The position numbers and the translations under genes are program-made. Below the pieces are notes generated by a model. It searched no databases and was not told the origin of the DNA. It saw only the letters and a program-made list of their open reading frames with translations. Below are positions 47,868 through 57,363 of a DNA stretch of 64,000 nucleotides, in pieces. The stretch lies in the NCBI GenBank assembly GCA_001769125.1, contig MEOG01000082.1, positions 18,747 to 82,746 on the forward strand, in the 5' to 3' direction. Source of the stretch: Bacteroidetes bacterium GWF2_35_48 (lineage in GTDB: Bacteria > Bacteroidota > Bacteroidia > Bacteroidales > GWF2-35-48). Positions within the stretch are counted from its first letter, which is position 1. Each line of letters opens with the position of its first letter.

Positions 47868-48944
47868 ATGAAAACGCTTATTCATTTATGTATTATCGGG
47901 ACTATCGTCCTGCTTCTATCCTGTGTTTCTCAAAATGTCCATAAAGACATGAAGGAAAAAAAACAAAAATGCGAAACAGAAAGAGACCGCTTAAAAGGGG
48001 TCAACGATTCGCTTTCGACAAAAATTAATGAGATGCAGGCAGAATACGAGAAATTGAAAAAACAAATAACACCATTGATAGACGATACAACTATTCGCGG
48101 AAGGGCTTTTCGTACTCTTACAACTCAGTACAATCAGGTTGAAGCGCAATACGAACTTATTTACAAGAATTTCGAACGCCTGAAAAAAGAACACGATGAT
48201 CAGGAGAAAAAAATATCCAACAAATTATTCAATACTCAAGATGATTTACTGAAAAAAGAAGATGATTTGAAAAAACTCGAAGCCAGTCTGACCGACCAGA
48301 AAAATAAATTAGAAACTTTAAAACGCGACCTCGACAATAAAGATATTGATTTAAAAACAAAAGATTTTGAATTAAAAAAACAAAGCAATCTTATTGAAGA
48401 AAAAAATAAAAAACTACAGGAACTCACAGCCATCCTTACTAAAAAAGATTCCGTTACCAAAGCCTTGAAAGATAAAGTATCTAACGCGCTTACAGGCTTT
48501 ATTAATGATGGTCTTACCGTTGAAATGAAAAATGGAAAAATTTATGTTTCTTTGGATGAAAAACTACTTTTCAAATCTGCAAAATGGGAAGTGGATGCAA
48601 GAGGAAAAGAGGCTCTGAAAAAACTGGCACTACTTCTTTCTCAAAATACAGATATTAATGTAATGATAGAAGGGCATACAGACAATGTACCCTATTCTTC
48701 AAAAGTAAATACGGGCGTTGAAGATAACTGGGATTTAAGCGTAAAACGTGCAACGTCTATAGTGAAAATACTACTTAACAGTGGCGTGTCTATTGATCCG
48801 AAACGCATCATTCCAGCGGGTAGAAGCGAGTTTGTACCTGTTGATTTCGGAAAAACGCCCGAAGCGCGCCAGAAGAACCGCAGGATAGAAGTAATTTTGA
48901 CACCAAAACTCGACGAGTTATTTAAAGTGCTTGAAACAAACTAG
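47868..48944 (+). CDS. OmpA family protein with N-terminal lipoprotein signal and long coiled coil
   Basis: LLLSCVSQ lipobox. K/E-rich coiled coil. C-terminal OmpA motifs (IEGHTDNVP, NWDLSVKRA, NRRIEVIL). Confidence 0.85.
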   Translation: MKTLIHLCIIGTIVLLLSCVSQNVHKDMKEKKQKCETERDRLKGVNDSLSTKINEMQAEYEKLKKQITPLIDDTTIRGRAFRTLTTQYNQVEAQYELIYKNFERLKKEHDDQEKKISNKLFNTQDDLLKKEDDLKKLEASLTDQKNKLETLKRDLDNKDIDLKTKDFELKKQSNLIEEKNKKLQELTAILTKKDSVTKALKDKVSNALTGFINDGLTVEMKNGKIYVSLDEKLLFKSAKWEVDARGKEALKKLALLLSQNTDINVMIEGHTDNVPYSSKVNTGVEDNWDLSVKRATSIVKILLNSGVSIDPKRIIPAGRSEFVPVDFGKTPEARQKNRRIEVILTPKLDELFKVLETN

Positions 48945-48961
48945 CACAATGTCTCTATTCA

Positions 48962-49978
48962 ATGAATATTATTTTCAGCTACAAAGCCTGGGTTCTGGAT
49001 TTTTCCAGCATCATCTGTAAAGCAGGTTATAAAAAAATATTAAATTACGCCCGCCTAAAAACGGGCTTTCTTTTTTATAGTTTATTCCATTTATATATAC
49101 ACAAAGGAAGACCTGTAAGTATAACCGTAGAGCCGTGCAATGTCTGTAATCTGAAATGCACAGAATGTCCATCCGGACAAGGAAATTTATCACGCAAAAA
49201 TGGTCGTATGTCGTTTTCTGTTTTTAATAAAATAGTTGAAGATATTTATCCGTATTGTGCGTATCTGAATATGTATTTTCAGGGCGAACCCTTGCTTAAC
49301 AATCATATATTTGATTTTATCAAAACAGCTTCTGAAAAAAATATTTATACTTCGCTTTCAACAAATGCGCAATTATTAGATGATGAAGCGTTACAAAAAA
49401 TTATAGATAACAAACTTGACAGAATCATCATTTCAATGGATGGAGCAACACAAGAGATTTACGAGAAATACAGGGTTTCGGGATCGCTTGAGCTTGTTAA
49501 GGAATCTGTTAAAAAAATAATACTTTTTAAAAAACAAAAACAAACATCAAAGCCTTTTGTAATAGTGCAGTTTCTTGTAACACGACAAAACGAAAATCAG
49601 ATTTCAGAAATAAAAACATTTTGCAAAAACTCCGGTGTAGATATGCTTACGCTGAAATCTATTCAACTTACAAATCCTGAAAAAGAGTCTGAATTACTTC
49701 CATCAAACCAGTATTTTTCACGTTATAAAAAATCTTCCGATGGAAAAATTATTTTGAAAAAACAAATAAAATATTGCTGGCGTTCCTGGAGTTCTGCAGT
49801 TATCACATGGGATGGAAATGTACTTCCCTGTTGTTTTGATAAAGATGCAAAACATATAATGGGAAATATTTCTGAAAAAAATATCACAGAAATTTTCTCG
49901 GAAGAAAAATTTCATGCTTTCAGAAAAAACGCTGGAAGTGTAAAGGCGCACTTTGGTATCTGTAAAAATTGTATTTAA
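48962..49978 (+). CDS. radical SAM/SPASM domain protein
   Basis: Cluster CNLKCTEC (CX3CX2C). C-terminal ..LPCCFD.. and ..GICKNCI cysteines. Confidence 0.75.
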   Translation: MNIIFSYKAWVLDFSSIICKAGYKKILNYARLKTGFLFYSLFHLYIHKGRPVSITVEPCNVCNLKCTECPSGQGNLSRKNGRMSFSVFNKIVEDIYPYCAYLNMYFQGEPLLNNHIFDFIKTASEKNIYTSLSTNAQLLDDEALQKIIDNKLDRIIISMDGATQEIYEKYRVSGSLELVKESVKKIILFKKQKQTSKPFVIVQFLVTRQNENQISEIKTFCKNSGVDMLTLKSIQLTNPEKESELLPSNQYFSRYKKSSDGKIILKKQIKYCWRSWSSAVITWDGNVLPCCFDKDAKHIMGNISEKNITEIFSEEKFHAFRKNAGSVKAHFGICKNCI

Positions 49979-49988
49979 TAACATCAAC

Positions 49989-50483
49989 ATGGTGCAAGTA
50001 TTTTTACTACTAGGAAGTAATATCGGAGACAGAAAAAAAACGTTGGAAACAGCCTGTAATGCTATCAATACAGAAGCGGGAGAAATTCTGAAAATGTCTG
50101 CCATTTATGAAACCGAGCCATGGGGGTATCAAAGCGAATTAAAATATCTTAATCAGGTTATACAAATCAACACAAATCTATCTCCAATTGAGTTGCTTCA
50201 GAAAATTCATAAAATCGAAGAGGATATGGGAAGAATCCGTAAAGCTGGAGCATATTCTGATCGTACAATAGATATAGATATTTTATTTTACGATGATATT
50301 ATTATTTCAGATAAAGAGCTTCAGATTCCTCACCCCCGGCTGCATGAAAGGAAATTTACATTAATTCCGCTTTATGAAATTGCCCCTGATTTTATCCATC
50401 CTGTCTTTAAAAAAAGAATAGAAGAATTGATTCTTGTTTGCAAAGACAAATCTTTTATTAAAAAAACATTTAAGACGAATTAA
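49989..50483 (+). CDS. folK: 2-amino-4-hydroxy-6-hydroxymethyldihydropteridine diphosphokinase
   Basis: VFLLLGSNIGDR, ..YETEPWG.., RTIDIDILFY, PHPR..ERKF. Start at ATG 49989, avoiding overlap with the upstream gene. Confidence 0.9.
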   Translation: MVQVFLLLGSNIGDRKKTLETACNAINTEAGEILKMSAIYETEPWGYQSELKYLNQVIQINTNLSPIELLQKIHKIEEDMGRIRKAGAYSDRTIDIDILFYDDIIISDKELQIPHPRLHERKFTLIPLYEIAPDFIHPVFKKRIEELILVCKDKSFIKKTFKTN

Positions 50484-50492
50484 TATATCATT

Positions 50493-50537
50493 AAAATTGT
50501 TATTTTTTTTTTGCAGAAAATAACAATTTTTTATTTT
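50493..50537 (+). terminator. rho-independent terminator of folK
   Basis: Stem AAAATTGTTATTT / AAATAACAATTTT followed by a T-run. Confidence 0.65.
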
Positions 50538-50597
50538 TGCATACGTTTTTTTTAATCGAAAAAATTTACAAAGTTTTAACTTTTATTCATTCTTTAT

Positions 50598-51527
50598 ATG
50601 GACATTGTAGTTGAAAATTTAACGAAAACTTATGGTCCGCAAAGAGCTGTAGACAACATCAGTTTTCAGGTAAAAACCGGAGAGGTGCTTGGATTTCTTG
50701 GTCCGAACGGAGCAGGAAAAACTACAACCATGAAGGCAATAACCTGCTTTCTTTCTCCCACTGACGGAGACATTAAGGTTGGCGGTAATTCTGTACTGAG
50801 TAATCCTGACAAAGTAAAAAAGCTTATCGGCTATCTTCCAGAAATGAATCCTTTGTATGTAGAAATGCCTGTTATAGATTATCTGAAGTTTGTTGCAGAA
50901 TTGCAGGGCATACATAAAAACAAAATCAGGGAACGGATTAAAGAAATGGTTACTATTTGTGGGCTTGAAGGAGAAAAACACAAAAAAATCTCGGAACTTT
51001 CAAAAGGATACAGGCAACGCGTGGGGCTTGCACAGGCCCTTATTCACGATCCTGAAGTTCTTGTGCTTGACGAACCTACTGCTGGTCTTGACCCAAATCA
51101 GATTGCAGAAATCCGCGCACTGATTCGCAGCATCGGAAGATCAAAAACAGTAGTGCTTAGTTCGCATATTCTTGCAGAAGTAGAAGCTACCTGCGACCGT
51201 ATTCTAATTATCAACAAAGGAAAAATTGTTGCTGACGGAACAGCAGACGATCTTCGTAAACGTGCGCATAACAGGGAGGTTTTACGGATTTCAATTGAAG
51301 GAGCTGATTCAAATACGGCATTTCAGGCCTTGCGGGCTGTTGATACCATTGACCTTATTGATCCGCTCCCAATGAAAGAATGTAGCTTTGAAATTCATAG
51401 TAAAAATGATGCTACATCAAGAAAAGCAATTTTCTCGCTATGCGTTGAAAAAGGATGGTTTCTCACAGAAATGACCCCAATAGAAACAAAACTGGAGGAT
51501 ATTTTCAGAGAATTAACTGTAAATTAA
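50598..51527 (+). CDS. gldA: gliding-motility-associated ABC transporter ATP-binding subunit
   Basis: Walker A GPNGAGKTT, signature LSKGYRQR, Walker B LVLDEP. Followed by gldF/gldG-type genes. Confidence 0.8.
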   Translation: MDIVVENLTKTYGPQRAVDNISFQVKTGEVLGFLGPNGAGKTTTMKAITCFLSPTDGDIKVGGNSVLSNPDKVKKLIGYLPEMNPLYVEMPVIDYLKFVAELQGIHKNKIRERIKEMVTICGLEGEKHKKISELSKGYRQRVGLAQALIHDPEVLVLDEPTAGLDPNQIAEIRALIRSIGRSKTVVLSSHILAEVEATCDRILIINKGKIVADGTADDLRKRAHNREVLRISIEGADSNTAFQALRAVDTIDLIDPLPMKECSFEIHSKNDATSRKAIFSLCVEKGWFLTEMTPIETKLEDIFRELTVN

Positions 51528-51564
51528 TACATGAGATTATAAAATTTTGGAAATGTTTTTTAAA

Positions 51565-51691
51565 GTCGGCAATCGGAAAAGTCGGCAGTCGGCAGTCAGA
51601 GAGTCGGCAGTCGGCAGTCGGCAGTCAGAGAGTCGGCAGTCGGCAGTCGGATTAAGTAAGACTGTAGACTGAAGACTGAAGACTGAAGACT
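51565..51691. repeat. heptad arrays: (GTCGGCA)n with GTCAGAG interruptions, then (AGACTGA)n, forming imperfect inverted arms
   Basis: GTCGGCAGTCGGCAGTCAGAGA x2.. followed by AGACTGTAGACTGAAGACTGAAGACTGAAGAC. Lies inside the gldA-gldF spacer. Confidence 0.9.
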
Positions 51692-51736
51692 AAAAAACAT
51701 CCCCATAACATTAACTAATAAAAAAATATCATACAC

Positions 51737-52462
51737 ATGAAACAAATCTGGATAATAACAAAAAGAGAATTAAAAGCTTTTTTTGATTCGCTGATGGCTT
51801 ATATAATGATTGTTGCTTTTCTCGGATTCACGGGCTTTTTCACATGGTTGTACGGAGCCGATGTTTTCTTTATCAATCAGGCAAGCCTGCAATCTTTTTT
51901 CAGTATTTCCTATTGGACACTATTCTTTTTTATTCCTGCATTAACCATGCGATTAATTGCCGAAGAAAATAAATCCGGTACCATTGAATTATTGCTCACA
52001 AAGCCTGTAAACGACTGGCAGGTGGTAATGGGAAAATTTCTTGGAACATTGCTGTTGATACTTATCGCGCTGGCAATGACAATTCCCTATTACTTTACGG
52101 TAAGCAGTATCGGAAAAATAGATCATGGAGCTGTATGGTCAGGCTACTTGGGATTAATTCTGATGAGCGCAACCTACATCAGCATCGGGCTCTTTGCAAG
52201 CAGCATCACAAGCAATCAGATTATTGCCTTTTTACTCGCGATATTCATCGGAATAATTTTCCATATTATTTTCGATGTGCTGGCCTCAAGTTTTACAGGT
52301 TTATTAGGTGGAATCTTCAGCTATCTGAGCATTAACTCCCATTACGAATCAATTTCAAGAGGTGTAATAGACAGCAAAGACCTGATATATTTTTTATCGC
52401 TAACATTCATCTGTTTGTTTTCTACAGAGGCTTTTCTTGCAAAAAGAAATTTGTCTAAATGA
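51737..52462 (+). CDS. gldF: gliding-motility-associated ABC transporter permease
   Basis: 241 aa ABC-2 type permease, 6 TM. N-terminus ..ITKRELKAFFDS... Confidence 0.8.
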   Translation: MKQIWIITKRELKAFFDSLMAYIMIVAFLGFTGFFTWLYGADVFFINQASLQSFFSISYWTLFFFIPALTMRLIAEENKSGTIELLLTKPVNDWQVVMGKFLGTLLLILIALAMTIPYYFTVSSIGKIDHGAVWSGYLGLILMSATYISIGLFASSITSNQIIAFLLAIFIGIIFHIIFDVLASSFTGLLGGIFSYLSINSHYESISRGVIDSKDLIYFLSLTFICLFSTEAFLAKRNLSK

Positions 52463-52520
52463 TAAAGTATATTTTGTTAAATGAAATTTGAAAATAAATA
52501 AAACACGAAAAATATAAAAT

Positions 52521-54041
52521 ATGAAAACAAAAAAATCAATCCTCTATTACATTGCGGTTGTAATTGGAATATTGGTTCTCATAAATATTCTGGCCGATAA
52601 ATTTTTCTTCCGCCTTGACTTTACGGAAGACAATCGTTATACATTGAGCAACGCAACAAAAGATATTCTTGTCGGCATCAATGAAACAGTAACCATTCAG
52701 GCCTACTTTTCAGAAGATCTTCCTCCGGATATTGCCAAAACAAAAAGAGATTTTAAGGAATTGCTTGTTGAATATGCTTCACGCGCAAATGGAAAAATTG
52801 TATTTGAATTTATCAATCCGAATGTTGATGAAGCTACAGAACAAAAGGCAATGCAGTCTGGCGTGCAGCCTGTGGTAATCAATGTTCGTGATAAAGATCA
52901 GATGAAGCAGCAGAAAGCGTATCTAGGCGCGGTAATTCAAATGGGAGAGCAAAGCGATGTGATTCCTTTTATGCAACCGGGCTCTGCAATGGAATATTCG
53001 CTTTCTTCAAGCCTGAAAAAATTATCTGTTCAGGATAAACCTTCTATCGGATTTTTGCAGGGACACGGAGAACCAAATTTGAGAGCTATGCAGCAGGTGA
53101 TGGGCGCTTTAACAATTTTATACAATGCGCAACCTGTAACACAAAATGATACAGTCAATGAATTAGATAAGTTTACAACCCTAGCAATTGTCGCTCCAAC
53201 AGACTCATTTCCCGCAATACATTTACAGCAACTCGAAGAATTTTTATCCAAAGGAAAAAATCTTGTTATTGCTTTAAATAGAGTGAAAGGAGATTTTCAG
53301 ACATTAGCCGGTAGCGCAGTAAATACAGGAATTGAAAGCTGGCTTGCATCCAAAGGGCTAATTGTTGAAGAAAATTTTCTGGTAGATGCAAACTGCGGAA
53401 CAGTAGGTGTAACGCAGCAACAGGGTATGTTTTCTTATCAGACACAAATGAAATTTCATTACCTGCCTGCAATTACGAATTTCATGGAACACCCCGTTAC
53501 CAAAGGGCTGGAGTCCGTATTAATGGCTTTTGCAAGTCCTATTCAATTTAAAGGAGGCACGCAAGGAGTAAGCTATACCCCGCTTGCAAAAAGCTCTGCA
53601 AAATCGGGAACTGTTCCCGCGCAAACTTATTTTGACATTCGTAAACAATGGACAGATCGTGATTTCACAATGCCCGGACAGGTTGTAGCAGCATTACTTT
53701 CAGGTAAAATTTCCGGCGACAGAGATTCAAGAATAATACTTATTTCTGACGGAGATTTTGCTGTAAACGGCGAAGAAAGACAGGCCATGCAACAGCAACC
53801 TGATAATATTTCGCTTCTTGTAAATTCCATTGACTGGCTTTCAGATCAGACAGGTTTGATTGAATTGCGCACCAAAGGAGTAACATCACGACCCATTGAC
53901 CAAATGGAAGACGGAACAAAAACTTTGCTCAAATGGATTAATTTTCTGATACCAATTTTACTGATTATAATATTTGGATTTATACGCTTCCAGCGCAACA
54001 GAAATTTAAGAATAAAAAGAATGCAGGAGGGATATATTTAA
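52521..54041 (+). CDS. gldG: GldG family ABC transporter-associated protein
   Basis: 506 aa. N- and C-terminal TM anchors with a large periplasmic domain. Positioned after gldF. Confidence 0.75.
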   Translation: MKTKKSILYYIAVVIGILVLINILADKFFFRLDFTEDNRYTLSNATKDILVGINETVTIQAYFSEDLPPDIAKTKRDFKELLVEYASRANGKIVFEFINPNVDEATEQKAMQSGVQPVVINVRDKDQMKQQKAYLGAVIQMGEQSDVIPFMQPGSAMEYSLSSSLKKLSVQDKPSIGFLQGHGEPNLRAMQQVMGALTILYNAQPVTQNDTVNELDKFTTLAIVAPTDSFPAIHLQQLEEFLSKGKNLVIALNRVKGDFQTLAGSAVNTGIESWLASKGLIVEENFLVDANCGTVGVTQQQGMFSYQTQMKFHYLPAITNFMEHPVTKGLESVLMAFASPIQFKGGTQGVSYTPLAKSSAKSGTVPAQTYFDIRKQWTDRDFTMPGQVVAALLSGKISGDRDSRIILISDGDFAVNGEERQAMQQQPDNISLLVNSIDWLSDQTGLIELRTKGVTSRPIDQMEDGTKTLLKWINFLIPILLIIIFGFIRFQRNRNLRIKRMQEGYI

Positions 54042-54117
54042 TTAGTGTTTGTCCATAATGTCCGACCTGCTTGCAGGCAAGTTTCTGCGTTCCTCTCGAA
54101 TTGAAAAGCAATCATGT

Positions 54118-55032
54118 ACGATTAAAAATATGCAGGAAGGATATATTTAATTAAAAAAATAATACCGCTCCTATCTACGGAGCTGTATCCTGATAAAAAG
54201 ATTTTTTGTACCATAATTTCGTGCCTCTGGCAATCATAAAAATAGTTCCGTAGGAACAACATTACGATAGCCCTGTAAGGGCGACATTACGATAGTTCTA
54301 TTATAAAAACGTCATAAAATGAATTGTGAAACAAATTGCAATTAAATATTTAAAACAATATATATACTAATCTAAACAAATAACAAATGCCAAACACATA
54401 TACACAAATAAATATTCATGCAGTTTTTGCTGTAAAACATCGTGAAAACATCATTACCCGTAATTATAGAGATGAATTGCACAAATATATTTCAGGCATA
54501 CTCACGAATTTAAAACAATATCCCCTTGCTGTAAATGGGTGGAAAGATCATGTGCATATTTTTTTTGAAATGCAGCCAACATCAAACCTGTCAGATATAT
54601 TACAAATAGTAAAAGCAAATTCATCAAAATGGATTAATACAAATAATTTTGTAAAGGGTAAATTTAACTGGCAAAATGGTTTTGGAGGATTTTCTTATTC
54701 AAAATCTCAAAGAGCCAATGTAATCAGATATATTGTCAATCAGGAACAGCATCATGAAGGCATTTCATTTAAAAAAGAGTACCTGAATTTGTTGGAGAAA
54801 TTTGAAATTGATTTTAAAGATCAGTATTTATTTGAATTTTATGAATAATAATAAATACCGCTCCTATTGAGTAGGTAGCTCCATAGGAACTACGATTAAA
54901 AATATGCAGGAAGGATATATTTAATTTAAAAAATAATGCCGCTCCCACGGAGCTGTATCCTGATAAAAAGGCGATATTACGGTAGCCCTGTAAGGGCGAT
55001 ATTACGGTAGTTCCATAGGAACGACATTATCG
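54118..55032 (+). mobile_element. RAYT island: IS200-like Y1 transposase gene bracketed by direct repeat blocks rich in small hairpins
   Basis: Blocks 54118-54200 and 54892-54970 share an identical first 35 nt and the rest is near-identical with a 4-nt indel. Blocks 54242-54298 and 54971-55032 share GTTCCNTAGGAAC and GCCCTGTAAGGGC hairpins with GAYATTACGRTA spacers. Confidence 0.7.
54387..54848 (+). CDS. REP-associated tyrosine transposase (RAYT; IS200/IS605 TnpA-like Y1 HUH enzyme)
   Basis: 153 aa. QINIHAVFAVKHRE N-terminus, HUH motif HVHIFF, catalytic-Tyr helix RYIVNQEQHH. No tnpB partner. Confidence 0.85.
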   Translation: MPNTYTQINIHAVFAVKHRENIITRNYRDELHKYISGILTNLKQYPLAVNGWKDHVHIFFEMQPTSNLSDILQIVKANSSKWINTNNFVKGKFNWQNGFGGFSYSKSQRANVIRYIVNQEQHHEGISFKKEYLNLLEKFEIDFKDQYLFEFYE

Positions 55033-55078
55033 TTATAAATAATTACAATACAATAAAAAACATAAAACCATTACAATT

Positions 55079-56029
55079 ATGGCAAAAAAAATAAATATGA
55101 AAACGCTGGCAATTATTTTTATCGTGTTGCTATCATTGGTAATTTTCAAAACCGTTTATGATAACAATCGTGGAGAAAAAACATTCAAAAGCGATATAGC
55201 AACCATTGATACTGCGAACGTAACAAACATTACCTTTTTCCCTAAAGCAGAAAAAAAAGGAATTTCCCTGAAAAAATCTGCAAATACATGGCAGCTTTTA
55301 GCAAATGGAAAAACATACAAACCCGACATAAATATTATTCAGAATATTTTGTCTTCAATAGCTGTAATTAAAGCCGAACGTGTTGCCGGTACTGATAAAT
55401 CACAATGGCAGAATTTTGAAGTTTCAGATACAAGCGGTACAAAAATGATTATTGAAGTATCGGGAAAAGTAGTTTCTGAGCTTATTATCGGAAAATTTTC
55501 GTACAAACAAACCGGCGGTGGCTTTTCAATTTCTACCTATATCAGACCTGTGGGTGAAGAAACAACATATTCCGTACAAAGCCAGCTTACCATGCTTATC
55601 AACCGCGACCTGAATGCTTTTCGTGATAAAACAATATCTAAAATTGAAAAGGAAAATCTTAGCAGCATATCCTTCTCTTATCCGGGAGACAGTTCTTTCA
55701 CTTTATCCAAAACAGAAAATGGCTGGCTTGTAAACAATGAAGCTACGGACAGCAACAGCATACAAAGCTATCTGAATACAATTGCCAATTGCTCGGGTTA
55801 CGAATTTGATGATAATGCAACCAACACAACGCTTACTCCTGTATATAAAATAAAGGCACAAGGAAACAACATGCAGACCGTTGAAATAAATGCTATTCCT
55901 TCAGATTCGCTGAAACAATTTATTATTACTTCCTCTCAAAACGAAGGTATAAATTTCATTAGCGGAAAATCTAAACTGGCAGACAAAATTTTTATCTCTA
56001 AGAAAAATTTAATGGTTGGGAAAAAATAA
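55079..56029 (+). CDS. DUF4340 domain protein (usual downstream partner of gldG-type genes)
   Basis: 316 aa. N-terminal TM anchor, beta-rich. Call rests on position and size. Confidence 0.55.
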   Translation: MAKKINMKTLAIIFIVLLSLVIFKTVYDNNRGEKTFKSDIATIDTANVTNITFFPKAEKKGISLKKSANTWQLLANGKTYKPDINIIQNILSSIAVIKAERVAGTDKSQWQNFEVSDTSGTKMIIEVSGKVVSELIIGKFSYKQTGGGFSISTYIRPVGEETTYSVQSQLTMLINRDLNAFRDKTISKIEKENLSSISFSYPGDSSFTLSKTENGWLVNNEATDSNSIQSYLNTIANCSGYEFDDNATNTTLTPVYKIKAQGNNMQTVEINAIPSDSLKQFIITSSQNEGINFISGKSKLADKIFISKKNLMVGKK

Positions 56030-56122
56030 AATAATCAAAGAAATATTTCCTGATACCGATTGATTAAAATGTTATCTTGTCCTAAAATTTTGCTTCCGTT
56101 TATTTTGAATAAAAAATTCCTG

Positions 56123-57052
56123 ATGGTTAATAAAAAACATCCACATTTCAAGGTTATTCCTAATATATTATTTTGTTTCTGTTGCCTTATATTGCTTAAT
56201 TCATGCCATAAAGATGATTACAAAATAACAACAATTCCTTTTTCCATTATTAAAAACCGAATGCTTATTAAAGCGGTAGTTAATGGAACAGACACTTTGA
56301 ACTTTATTTTTGATACGGGTTGTGAAAAAGCAAATTTGGATTCTGCCTACATTGTAAAAAGAAAAATTAAACCCTATTCTTTTTCAAAAATATTTTGCCC
56401 GCATGGAGAAATCATAAATCCAATAGTTAAATGTGTACTTACCGTAAACAATTTATCATATAATTTAGATACGTGTTATACGCTATCAACAAATAAATTG
56501 TCTGAACAATCAGGCATTAAAATAAATGGCGTTATAGGCAGAGATTTGTATAAAAACTATATTTTAAAAATTGACTTTGTAAACAGGTTGCTTGTTTTAT
56601 ACAAAAAAGAATATGTGGTGAATCAAAATGATTACGACTGTTTAAATCTATATAACAGTGCTTCAATTTATGCAAAGGCAATACTTCAAAATGAAAAAAT
56701 TATTGAGGGTCAATTTCTGATTGATTCTGGCAGCGGTTCTGATATTTCTTTATATTTTCCAAAAAAAGATTCTACAGATGTAAAATTATTGATTGGAGAA
56801 TATTCTGAAAAAAAATTATCGGATTTATGTGGAAATAAAAAAAAAGGCTACATGGGACAAATAAAAAGCATAAAAATTGGGAACTTTAATATAGATAGTG
56901 TTAAAGGAAAATTAACGTTTGCTAATAACAGTAATTATTCTGGATTAATCGGTTTTCTCTTACTACGCAAATTCGATATTATAATTGATATTAAAAAATC
57001 CAAGTTATATCTTAAACCGAATCACTATTGTCCGACAAAATTTGTTATATAG
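56123..57052 (+). CDS. retropepsin-like aspartyl protease lipoprotein (two-lobed)
   Basis: Lipobox ILLNSC. Two catalytic-type motifs, FIFDTGC and FLIDSGSG. Start at ATG 56123 preferred to the track start at 56060. Confidence 0.6.
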   Translation: MVNKKHPHFKVIPNILFCFCCLILLNSCHKDDYKITTIPFSIIKNRMLIKAVVNGTDTLNFIFDTGCEKANLDSAYIVKRKIKPYSFSKIFCPHGEIINPIVKCVLTVNNLSYNLDTCYTLSTNKLSEQSGIKINGVIGRDLYKNYILKIDFVNRLLVLYKKEYVVNQNDYDCLNLYNSASIYAKAILQNEKIIEGQFLIDSGSGSDISLYFPKKDSTDVKLLIGEYSEKKLSDLCGNKKKGYMGQIKSIKIGNFNIDSVKGKLTFANNSNYSGLIGFLLLRKFDIIIDIKKSKLYLKPNHYCPTKFVI

Positions 57053-57092
57053 TGTCAGCAAGAAAACTCATGTTTTTTGCTCACAATGTATG

Positions 57093-57214
57093 TGCCTGAT
57101 AAGAAAACATCAAGTTCAAGGCTTGCGAAGACCTGAAAATTAGGAGTGTACTAATGTACATGACTACTTTTCAGGTCAAGCGTAACGATGAAATTGATGT
57201 TTTCTTGCAGGCAC
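57093..57214. repeat. about 120-nt extended imperfect hairpin
   Basis: Outer arms TGCCTGATAAGAAAACATCAA / TTGATGTTTTCTTGCAGGCA. Inner arms GACCTGAAAA (57130-57139) / TTTTCAGGTC (57168-57177). Confidence 0.8.
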
Positions 57215-57363
57215 TATATAGCTTTACCTTTTCATTACAACTCGTATTATAAACAGGGCACTCCCATGGAACTTCCATATTTTTATATTTTTTTTTATGG
57301 TTGGGAAACAATAATTACTTGCAAAAAACAAAAGATCTATTTGAAAAATTTGCGCTATGACAG

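Noticed and set aside
51455-51655. Track ORF 51455-51655 (+) (..SRQSESRQSAVGSQRVGSRQSD).
   Set aside because: It overlaps the 3' end of gldA out of frame and then translates the GTCGGCA heptad array, so it is spurious.
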